Source: Parcubacteria group bacterium Gr01-1014_17 (lineage in GTDB: Bacteria; Patescibacteriota; Minisyncoccia; Phycocordibacterales; UBA10002). From it: a stretch of DNA of 64,000 bases. Positions 56,348-64,000 of the stretch are shown here, one piece after another. Positions within the stretch are counted from its first letter, which is position 1, and each line of letters begins with the position of its first letter. The stretch lies in the NCBI GenBank assembly GCA_007376285.1, contig VMFZ01000005.1, positions 699 to 64,698 on the forward strand. Reading direction: 5' to 3'. The notes beneath the pieces are model-generated. The model did no database searches, was not told the DNA's origin, and saw nothing but the letters and a program-made list of their open reading frames with translations. Both the position numbers and the translations under genes were made by a program.

Positions 56348-58330
56348 CTAAACCGTTTCAACAGTTCTGAGCATTTTGGTGACATTCTGTTTGCTGAGAA
56401 CCCGTGATACCCCGATCGGGTCGTTTCCGTAAAGACGCAGTAGGTCGTTGATCTGCGCTTTTTGGCTTTCGGTATGGAAGAATCGCACCCATATTCCTTC
56501 CTGTATAGCATTACCGCAGTTCGAGAAGTCAAAATGAAAGAAACCCTCCCGTACCGTGTCTGTGTCAAGGAACTCATGTTTTTTCATAATGGAAAAGATT
56601 TCCAGTTCATGAAGGTATAAAAGTTCGTCGTTTACTATCGTTCGCGCGCAAAAGAACGCATATTGCATGATCTCATCCACCGCATCCATAAATGCCATGG
56701 CTTTGAAGCGGTATATCATATTACTCCCATGCTTTCCATTAGCATATTCCGCAATTGCAGCAGTATTCTTTGCCGATTTTTGGAGCGCATCTTCTGACAG
56801 AAACAACTCCTCGATTGTTTCTTTTCGGAAACTATTGAAGATATCTTTCAACTTCGGCGGAAAGTTTTCCCTCCAACCATTGAAGAGGTTCAGAATGAAG
56901 TCCGATGTCTTTACTCCACGCTCATTAAGGAACGAAAAAAGTTCTACCAAAATGCTGTCGTTGTAGAACACTTCTATGGCGAGATGGAAGAGCCGCATTT
57001 CCAAATACTCCTCAAACGAGAGGTCTTTTGTAGAAGTACATATTTCTTCAATTTCCACGCTCACGATAGGTTCTTCATTGCCGAACGGATACACGCCGAA
57101 ACATTGCGACATCACCCGGTATCCTGTTTTCATATCAAACTTCTCCCGTGTTTCCGCCGCGCTCATCTCCACTCCCATAAGCATCATGAGCGGATAATTG
57201 CGGATGAACTGAAATCCCGCGTCCAAAAGGATTCGATTGGTCTCAATATGAGACATGACCGAATCCCCCGGCATCGCGAGAATTGACTCCGAGTATACAT
57301 TACTTCCCAGCTCACGGGCTTTTTGCGCAAGCTCCATAAGTTGGTCAGCTTTGATATTATTCCGTTTTATGTTTTTGAGCACTTCTTCGGAGAGCGATTG
57401 CACTGCGCCAGAAAGCCGAAGCGCCCCATGCACATTTTTTGCAACGCGTAGCACCCGCTCTTTCTGGTTTTTACCGGTGGCGACATGAATGTATTCCGGC
57501 CAGCCGAACTCGTTCTGGATGCGCGCAATTGCATCACCGATTTTCTCATCTTCCGGGTACATCCCGAAGTTTGAATCCACGATGTGCAAATCATGGACCG
57601 TCTTGTGTTTACGCTCCGCAATATAGCGCAGTTCTCGTTCAATTGTTTCGGTTCCGCGCCGATTGACTTTGTTGTAATACAGGAGTCCTTCTACGCAGAA
57701 GGTGCAAGTAAACGGACAGCCGCGATTGCACTGAATCATCGGTACGATGTGTGGTTCAAAAAACTCGTCTAATACTCCCGTCAAATATGGCGAGGGTATT
57801 TCGTCAAGGTTTTTTACCCGTTCCGCCGGCGGAACGATGACCGCTTTCCCTTCTCGGATAAAGTGGCAACCGGGCAACGCGATATTTTTTGCCACTTCAG
57901 CATCCCATCCGTTTTCGGTCAGCGCTTCCAAAAGCGCGGTAAAGCCGACCTCCCCCTCTTTGTAGACATAAAAATCTACGAGAGGATATTTTCGGAGAAA
58001 CTGTTCTTGCTCTGCGGGGTTGGTAGGATAATTCGGTCCGCCGAACACGATGATGGTTTGGGGATTTTTTTGCTTAATCCGTTGCGCAAAACTATACGAC
58101 AGGTCAATGTTCCACATATAGTTGCTGAACGCAACCATAGGCGGAATGTCTTGTAACAGAGCGTCAATCAGTTTGTTCGGATATTTGAAAATCCGAAAAT
58201 TAAACCTATCCTCACCTTTCAGGTGGGATGCGGCGTAGGTAACGAGGCACGCGACTGGGTAGGGCATGCAGTTTAAGGCGATGGTCTTGTAAGTATGTGT
58301 TAAATCACATACGAATATTTGTGTATTCAT
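56348..58330 (-). CDS. Cobalamin-binding radical SAM protein
   Basis: FSNYMWN...VFGGPN, EGE, IPSPYL, NRGCPFTCTFC, DSNFG; start re-called at 58330 (MNTQIFVCD). Confidence 0.9.
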   Translation of the reverse strand: MNTQIFVCDLTHTYKTIALNCMPYPVACLVTYAASHLKGEDRFNFRIFKYPNKLIDALLQDIPPMVAFSNYMWNIDLSYSFAQRIKQKNPQTIIVFGGPNYPTNPAEQEQFLRKYPLVDFYVYKEGEVGFTALLEALTENGWDAEVAKNIALPGCHFIREGKAVIVPPAERVKNLDEIPSPYLTGVLDEFFEPHIVPMIQCNRGCPFTCTFCVEGLLYYNKVNRRGTETIERELRYIAERKHKTVHDLHIVDSNFGMYPEDEKIGDAIARIQNEFGWPEYIHVATGKNQKERVLRVAKNVHGALRLSGAVQSLSEEVLKNIKRNNIKADQLMELAQKARELGSNVYSESILAMPGDSVMSHIETNRILLDAGFQFIRNYPLMMLMGVEMSAAETREKFDMKTGYRVMSQCFGVYPFGNEEPIVSVEIEEICTSTKDLSFEEYLEMRLFHLAIEVFYNDSILVELFSFLNERGVKTSDFILNLFNGWRENFPPKLKDIFNSFRKETIEELFLSEDALQKSAKNTAAIAEYANGKHGSNMIYRFKAMAFMDAVDEIMQYAFFCARTIVNDELLYLHELEIFSIMKKHEFLDTDTVREGFFHFDFSNCGNAIQEGIWVRFFHTESQKAQINDLLRLYGNDPIGVSRVLSKQNVTKMLRTVETV

Positions 58331-58429
58331 GCGGTTGGTCTTTCTGTTTGAGGTTTTTTGTAAAGGTTCTTTTCCGGTAGTATTCTCACATAACTTTTCT
58401 TGTTTCGCAAGTGTTCTATAATTCACCAT

Positions 58430-59443
58430 ATGAATAAGAATTCTGTATTTATAATTTGCGAGGCAGGCGTAACAAATTACGGCGATTTTAACATCGCAAA
58501 AAAGCAAATTGATGCCGCGGTTGCCGCACAGGCGGATGCGGTAAAGTTTCAACTCTGGCGCACCGAAGATTTGGTGTCCAAAAAAGTCGCCAAGAAATAC
58601 CAGAAAGAATTGGGTTACGACTGGTTCGCGCGGCTCAAATATAAAGAGCTTGCGCCTCGAGAAATAAAAGCATTGCAGGCATATGCAAAAGAGAAACATA
58701 TTTTGTTTTTTGCGACGGCACATGATGTGGCAAGTTTGGAATATTTGGACAAAGAATTGCATGTGCCGTTTTTCAAAGTCGGTTCCGGTGAAGCTGGAAA
58801 TATTGATTTTCTCAAAAATGTCGGTAAGCGCAGAAAACCTGTTTTTATTTCCTTTGGTTTTCACACGGATGCGGAAGCGCGCAAAGCGATGCGCGTACTG
58901 AAAAAGTCCGGCGCGCCGAGAGTTATTCCGCTCCATTGCGTTACGGTGTATCCGACTCCGTTTAACCAAGTTAATCTTCTTCGTATTGGTTGGTTTCGCC
59001 GCGCGTTCGGCATTGCTGGTTTTTCCGACCATAGCGTCGGCCGCGCTGCGTGCCTCGCGGCGGTTGCGCGCGGCGCGTCAGTGATTGAAAAACATTTGAC
59101 TTTTGACAAAAAGGACCCGCGTTCGCTGGACAATCCAGGCGCGCTTTTGCCGGATGAATTTGTCGCGCTGGTGCGCGAGGTTCGAGACATTGAAAGTGCA
59201 TTGCGTGTTCCTTCTTCTGTCGCCCTTCAAAAAGCGCGCGCAAAAGCGCGCGCGTGGGCCGAGCAGGCGATTGTTGCGGCGCGAGACATTGCGGCTGGAG
59301 AAAAAGTCACTCGCGCGATGCTTGCGTTCAAACGGCCTGCGAAAGGCGGTGTTTCGTCAAACGAAATTGGCACCGTACTAGGAAAAAACGCAAGAGTTGC
59401 GATACCTGCAGATGAACAGGTACTTCTGAAAGATCTATCATAA
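58430..59443 (+). CDS. neuB: Nonulosonic acid synthase with SAF domain
   Basis: IICEAG, DAVKFQ, KVGSGE, LHCVT.YP, GFSDHS, IEKHLT, KRP. Confidence 0.9.
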   Translation: MNKNSVFIICEAGVTNYGDFNIAKKQIDAAVAAQADAVKFQLWRTEDLVSKKVAKKYQKELGYDWFARLKYKELAPREIKALQAYAKEKHILFFATAHDVASLEYLDKELHVPFFKVGSGEAGNIDFLKNVGKRRKPVFISFGFHTDAEARKAMRVLKKSGAPRVIPLHCVTVYPTPFNQVNLLRIGWFRRAFGIAGFSDHSVGRAACLAAVARGASVIEKHLTFDKKDPRSLDNPGALLPDEFVALVREVRDIESALRVPSSVALQKARAKARAWAEQAIVAARDIAAGEKVTRAMLAFKRPAKGGVSSNEIGTVLGKNARVAIPADEQVLLKDLS

Positions 59444-59486
59444 CATTTGACTTTTTGACGGCGTTGCAGTAAAAGTAACTTCTCTT

Positions 59487-61025
59487 ATGCACACGCCGGA
59501 CACTTCCAAATTTAATTTTGACGGGCTTTTTACTCTTGAGATGGCGAACAACCATCAAGGGTCTTTAGAGCATGGCAAGCGCATTATCCGCGAAGCGGCA
59601 GCGGCGGTCAAAGAATCTGGTGTTCGCGCCGCGGTAAAACTCCAACTCCGCGACCTTGACTCATTCATTCACCCTGCATTCCGCGAGCGAAAAGATGTAA
59701 AACATATTCCGCGTTTTCTTTCCGCCCGCCTCGGGCGGGATGAGTTCCGCGAACTCGTAGAAGAAACGCGCCGGCATGGGCTCTATACTATGGCGACCCC
59801 GTTTGACGAGCCATCTGTGGATTTTCTAAATTCGCTCGGTGTGGAGATTGTAAAAGTCGCGAGTTGCAGCGCGCAGGATTGGCCGCTTTTGGAAAAGATT
59901 GCTGGGGCAGGGAAGCCGGTCATTGTGTCTGTCGGCGGGCTGTCGGTAAAAGAGGTGGATAAAGTGGTTTCGTTTTTTGAGCATCGCGGCGTGCACTTTG
60001 CATTGATGCATTGCGTGGCGCTCTACCCAACACCTTCGGACAAATTCTCGCTTGGCTATCTTGACGCAATGAAGAGCCGTTACCCGCATTTGACTATCGG
60101 GTTTTCAACGCATGAAGCGCCGTCCGACACTTCTACTATTGGGCTTGCGTACGCAAAGGGCGCACGAATTTTTGAGAAACACATAGGCGTGCCGACCGAT
60201 ACGATTACGCTCAATGCGTACTCCGCAAATCCGCAGGAACTGCGTTTGTGGTTCGCGGCGTATCAGAATGCAGCCACTGCGTGCGGCGGAAGCGGGCGTC
60301 CTGTTACAGAAGCAGAGCGCGCTGATTTACAGTCGTTGAAGCGTTGCGTGTTTGCGAAAGTGCCTATTCGTGCAGGAGAGAAGATTTCGCGCGAGCATGT
60401 GTTTTTTGCTATGCCGCTTGTTTTACCCGAACATTTAACGAGCGGCGAGTTTCGCGTCGGTGCTGTTGCCGACCGCGACTATGCGGAAGGTGAGGCGCTT
60501 TCTGGCAAACTCGCACCGCGCGGTTTTTCAAAACAGGAAACCATTTCCGAAGCTGTGCGCGAAGCAAAGGGAATGCTTAATTTTGCGAAGATTCCACTCT
60601 CGCACGATTTTACCGTTGAAGTGTCACATCATTACGGCTTGGAGCGGTTTAAGGAAGTCGGTTGCATTATTATTGATTGCATAAACCGCGAATATGCGCG
60701 CAAGCTTGTGGTGCAATTTCCGGGACAGTACCATCCGGTGCATTACCACAAAGTGAAAGATGAAAGCTTTCATGTGCTCTCAGGTACTGTGGAGATGGAC
60801 GTGGAAGGGAAGAAGAAGGTGCTTATGCCCGGCGACACTTTGTGGATGCCGCGCGGCGTGTGGCACGGATTTCGCACTGATACAGGCGTCGTGTTTGAAG
60901 AGATATCAACAACTTCACTGGAAACGCAGGGCGATTCGTACTACATAGATAAGAGCATTTCCGCTATGCCGCGCGAAGCGCGCAAAACCAAGCTCTTGAA
61001 CTGGGGGCGGCATCAGTTTGACTAA
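59487..61025 (+). CDS. NeuB-SAF-cupin fusion
   Basis: EMANNHQG, TPFDE.SV, KVAS, HCV..YP, GFSTHE, FEKH; C-terminal HPVHYHKVKDESFHVLSG...WH cupin. Confidence 0.88.
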   Translation: MHTPDTSKFNFDGLFTLEMANNHQGSLEHGKRIIREAAAAVKESGVRAAVKLQLRDLDSFIHPAFRERKDVKHIPRFLSARLGRDEFRELVEETRRHGLYTMATPFDEPSVDFLNSLGVEIVKVASCSAQDWPLLEKIAGAGKPVIVSVGGLSVKEVDKVVSFFEHRGVHFALMHCVALYPTPSDKFSLGYLDAMKSRYPHLTIGFSTHEAPSDTSTIGLAYAKGARIFEKHIGVPTDTITLNAYSANPQELRLWFAAYQNAATACGGSGRPVTEAERADLQSLKRCVFAKVPIRAGEKISREHVFFAMPLVLPEHLTSGEFRVGAVADRDYAEGEALSGKLAPRGFSKQETISEAVREAKGMLNFAKIPLSHDFTVEVSHHYGLERFKEVGCIIIDCINREYARKLVVQFPGQYHPVHYHKVKDESFHVLSGTVEMDVEGKKKVLMPGDTLWMPRGVWHGFRTDTGVVFEEISTTSLETQGDSYYIDKSISAMPREARKTKLLNWGRHQFD

Positions 61026-61062
61026 AGAAAGGAATGGTGCTAGTATTCTGTTTGGAAAAATG

Positions 61063-61150
61063 AAACATCCCCCCAACCCCCCTTGAAAGGGGGAGCCTCA
61101 GAAAATCCTCCCTTGAGGGAGGTGTCTCCCGTAGGGAGACGGAGGATGTT
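61063..61150 (+). repeat. 88-bp multi-hairpin repeat, copy A
   Basis: 85/88 identical to 61831-61918. Confidence 0.95.
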
Positions 61151-61174
61151 GTCTTAAAAACAAAAGGAAAACAA

Positions 61175-61831
61175 ATGCACAAAAAATTAGTAGTGGTCTT
61201 TGATTTTGACGGCGTACTCACGGTTGGCGGCGAAGGGTTGAAGCAAAAAGCGTGGGACATTCTTGCGTTGCCGCTTCATCAAGAAAATGCAAATTTGCTC
61301 TATAAAAAGCGAGAGGAATTCTCTGGCGGCAAGGGCTCTCGGAACGATATTCTCCGTGAGACATTCGCAGAGTTCTATCCCCCATACAATGTGGGTCTTC
61401 TCACCGCCGGTTACGCCGACTGTTACAACACAATTGTGCATAAACTGTTGGAGCAATCCGGAATGCCAGAGGGGACGGAACAGACGCTTGCGACTCTCGC
61501 GAAGTTTTGCACTCTGTTTGTGAATTCTGCGACGCCGGAAAAAGCGGTACGGGAATCGGTGCAGAACTTCAACATTGTGCAACACTTCCGCGGCATCTTC
61601 GGCCAGCCGATTTCCAAAGTGGACAATCTTGCTCGTGCCCAGCATCTGACACAAGTTGACAGAGAGTTTATACTCTTTGTAGGCGACAGCGATGGAGATG
61701 CCAAAGCCGCAAAAGAGTTTGGGTGCGATTTCGTGGGGGTCGCAAATGATTGGAACAAGTGGACAAAGGAGACCGTCAAGTTTCCGCTTGTTGGTTCCAT
61801 AGCCGAACTTCCGAAATTGCTGGAAACATAA
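61175..61831 (+). CDS. HAD family phosphatase
   Basis: VFDFDGVL, NSATP, K, FVGDSDGD. Confidence 0.9.
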   Translation: MHKKLVVVFDFDGVLTVGGEGLKQKAWDILALPLHQENANLLYKKREEFSGGKGSRNDILRETFAEFYPPYNVGLLTAGYADCYNTIVHKLLEQSGMPEGTEQTLATLAKFCTLFVNSATPEKAVRESVQNFNIVQHFRGIFGQPISKVDNLARAQHLTQVDREFILFVGDSDGDAKAAKEFGCDFVGVANDWNKWTKETVKFPLVGSIAELPKLLET

Positions 61832-61918
61832 AACATCCCCCCAACCCCCCTTCAAAGGGGGAGCTTCTGAAAATCCTCCCTTGAGGGAGGTGTCTCCCGT
61901 AGGGAGACGGAGGATGTT
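61831..61918 (+). repeat. 88-bp multi-hairpin repeat, copy B
   Basis: Direct repeat of 61063-61150. Confidence 0.95.
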
Positions 61919-61921
61919 CAT

Positions 61922-61952
61922 AACACCCGATGAAAATCGGGTGTTTTCTTTT
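61922..61952 (+). terminator. Terminator formed by a short palindromic element copy 4
   Basis: AACACCCGAT-GAAA-ATCGGGTGTT followed by TTCTTTT. Confidence 0.8.
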
Positions 61953-61989
61953 GTTTCTTTTTTCCTCCCTCTGTGGTTATATAATTCGT

Positions 61990-62712
61990 ATGAAGATTTA
62001 CGCCATTATTCCTGCGCGGGGCGGCTCAAAAGGCGTGCCTGGGAAAAATGTGAAGGACTTATGCGGCAAGCCGCTTATTGCGTGGACAATTGAAGCCGCG
62101 AAAAAAGTTCCGGAGATTTCTCGTGTCATTGTGAATACCGATGACGTAGATATTGCGGAGGCGGCAAAAAAGTATGGCGCGGAAGTCTTTCACCGACCGA
62201 AGAAATTGGCGCAAGACCTCACACTGGATTTGCCGGTTTTTGAACATCATTTGCGCGCGCTTGAAGCGGATGGGGACTTGCCAGACATAGTTGTTGACAT
62301 TCGCGCGACTGCGCCGCTTCGGCGCAGTGCGCGAATTGCGGAGGGGATTGCTCTTCTGAAACGGCTCGGGCGCGCCCGCGCGGACTCTGTTCGCGCGGTG
62401 TCAAAAGCAAGCAAGCATCCGTACAAAATGTGGCGGTTTCAAGGAGAACACATTGAGCCGTTTTTACCGGAAGCGCATACGGGAATGAAAGAGCCATACA
62501 ACGCGCCGCGCCAGATTTTGCCGGATGTGTTTCAAAACAATGGTTGTGTTAACATATTTTGGCCCGAGACGATTTTGGAGAAAAAATCAATGACTGGAGA
62601 AAAAATTGCCGGGTTTGTGATGGATGAGTGGGAGTCGGTGAATATCGACCACCCGATTGATTTTTTTGTAGCGGAACATTTAATGCGCGCACATCGCGAA
62701 AAATTCTTATGA
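61990..62712 (+). CDS. neuA: Second CMP-nonulosonate synthetase
   Basis: IPARGGSKGVPGKN, TDD, RP..LAQD, TAPLR, PRQ.LP, NG, NID. Confidence 0.9.
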   Translation: MKIYAIIPARGGSKGVPGKNVKDLCGKPLIAWTIEAAKKVPEISRVIVNTDDVDIAEAAKKYGAEVFHRPKKLAQDLTLDLPVFEHHLRALEADGDLPDIVVDIRATAPLRRSARIAEGIALLKRLGRARADSVRAVSKASKHPYKMWRFQGEHIEPFLPEAHTGMKEPYNAPRQILPDVFQNNGCVNIFWPETILEKKSMTGEKIAGFVMDEWESVNIDHPIDFFVAEHLMRAHREKFL

Positions 62713-63779
62713 AAGTGAAAATCATAGGAGCGGGGTCAATAGGGAATCACTTGACGCAGGCGTGCCGGCGGATGGGGTGGAGCGTGTGCATTGTAGATGC
62801 AGACCCAAAGGCGCTTCTGCGGATGAAGAATGAGATTTATCCGACTCGCTACGGAGCGTGGGACAGTGCGATTAAACAATATACGCTAGATGAGGCGCCG
62901 AGCGGCGGTTTTGACATTATTATGGTCGGGACGCCGCCGCATGTTCGGATGGCGGTGGCGCTTGAAATGCTTGCAGAAAAGCCGAAAATACTTCAGTTGG
63001 AAAAGCCATTATGCGCGCCGTTTGATAAAAATCTGCGGAAGTTTGTTACGGCGTATAAAAAACAAAAAACTACAAAAGTAATCGTCGGATATGACCATTC
63101 GGTTGCGAAGGCAATGCATCGTGTCGCTGAATTGATTGCAAGCGGCATTACCGGAGAGGTGAAAACAATTGATGTTGAGTTTCGGGAACATTGGGAAGGA
63201 ATCTTCAAGGCGCACCCATGGCTCAAGGGTCCGCAGGATACCTATTTGGGATATTGGAAAAAGGGCGGCGGGGCAAGCGGAGAGAACTCTCACGCGCTTC
63301 ATTTGTGGCAGTATCTGGCGCGTATTTCCGGGTTTGGCGTATGGAAGAAAATGTCGGCGGCGATGAAAATGGAAAAAGATGGAAAAGTAGAATACGATTC
63401 TCTCTCTGCGTTTTTGTTTGAAACAGATACGGGAAAAGTCGGGCGCGTGATTCAAGATGTCGTCACAAAGCCGACGCGCAAGTGGGCGCGGCTTCAGGGT
63501 GTAGATGGTTTTATTGAGTGGATATGCAACGGCGTTCCTGGCGGCGACCTTGTGAGATATGCCGGCGCGGATGGCGTGGTGAAAGAAGAGATATTTGAAA
63601 AGAAACGACCAGATGACTTTTATCAAGAGACGCTCCATATCGCGGGTTTACTGTCCGGCAAAATCCACTTTGCAGATTCACCTCTTTCATTTGAAAGCGC
63701 GCTATCGGTGATGTCGGTTTTGGAGACCGCGTGGAGAAACAACAAAACGCAACTTGCGTATATCCGCAAGGTATGTTAG
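62709..63779 (+). CDS. Gfo/Idh/MocA oxidoreductase
   Basis: IIGAGSIG, GTPP, LEKP, GGGA..E.SH. Confidence 0.85.
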   Translation: MKVKIIGAGSIGNHLTQACRRMGWSVCIVDADPKALLRMKNEIYPTRYGAWDSAIKQYTLDEAPSGGFDIIMVGTPPHVRMAVALEMLAEKPKILQLEKPLCAPFDKNLRKFVTAYKKQKTTKVIVGYDHSVAKAMHRVAELIASGITGEVKTIDVEFREHWEGIFKAHPWLKGPQDTYLGYWKKGGGASGENSHALHLWQYLARISGFGVWKKMSAAMKMEKDGKVEYDSLSAFLFETDTGKVGRVIQDVVTKPTRKWARLQGVDGFIEWICNGVPGGDLVRYAGADGVVKEEIFEKKRPDDFYQETLHIAGLLSGKIHFADSPLSFESALSVMSVLETAWRNNKTQLAYIRKVC

Positions 63780-63829
63780 TATATTTTCGGAGTTCTAGAA
63801 GGTCTTTCACAATCAAATAGGAGGTCTGA

Positions 63830-64000
63830 ATGCATAAATGGATGAAGTGGACGGTGCTTGAAGCGGCGTCCAAAACGGTAGTGCGTTTGTTGCAGAAAGT
63901 TCTAGGAGACGCAACGACAACACTCGGCGGTGTCAGCGCGGTTATCTTCTTAACCGGTTTTGTACAGCTCGTGATGGGTCTTTTCGGTCTATTGTCCAAG
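63830..64000 (+). CDS. Partial membrane protein (possibly DMT/EamA-like)
   Basis: AGGAGG SD, then MHKWMKWTVLEAASKTVVRLLQK...VIFLTGFVQLVMGLFGLLSK open to the window end. Confidence 0.55.
   Translation, partial: MHKWMKWTVLEAASKTVVRLLQKVLGDATTTLGGVSAVIFLTGFVQLVMGLFGLLSK

Noticed and set aside
58331-59032. N-terminal 234 aa of the 894-aa minus-strand ORF
   Set aside because: It is antisense to a clear NeuB gene and has no domain character; the B12-binding domain begins at ATG 58330.
61063-61150. 88-bp cloverleaf as a tRNA
   Set aside because: No TTC T-loop, D-loop GG, 7-nt anticodon loop or CCA end; the loops are only 2-4 nt.
1-64000. Alternative genetic code (TGA=Gly)
   Set aside because: Many complete genes end in TGA, often in ATGA overlaps, and long ORFs are intact under code 11.

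Overview
The whole 64-kb window is one continuous surface-glycan locus of about 58 CDS in genetic code 11, probably from a Patescibacteria/Parcubacteria (CPR) genome. That taxonomy is inferred from the PG-binding/SPNGGE surface protein, -10 boxes abutting start codons and the types of short palindromic repeat. It encodes GT2, GT4, GT9 and GT-C glycosyltransferases, a GtrA/GT-C fusion, an ABC flippase and five paralogous GT-B 'SWD-motif' transferases. It also has split HldE-type and HddA/HddC-type heptose activation genes with no gmhA in view but an RpiB-HldE(II) fusion, transaldolase and AraD. Further content includes a close Cj1427-like dehydrogenase beside a ThDP branching pair, duplicated NeuA/NeuB plus NeuC, a UDP-sulfoquinovose synthase, a carbamoyltransferase, eight methyltransferases and two radical SAM enzymes. 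The best non-coding finds are a covarying palindromic element that sits in-frame inside two GT4 genes and also forms terminators, and an 88-bp multi-hairpin direct repeat bracketing one HAD gene. No rRNA, tRNA, CRISPR array, transposase or integrase was seen. All functional calls come from motif recognition by eye; no database searches were run.
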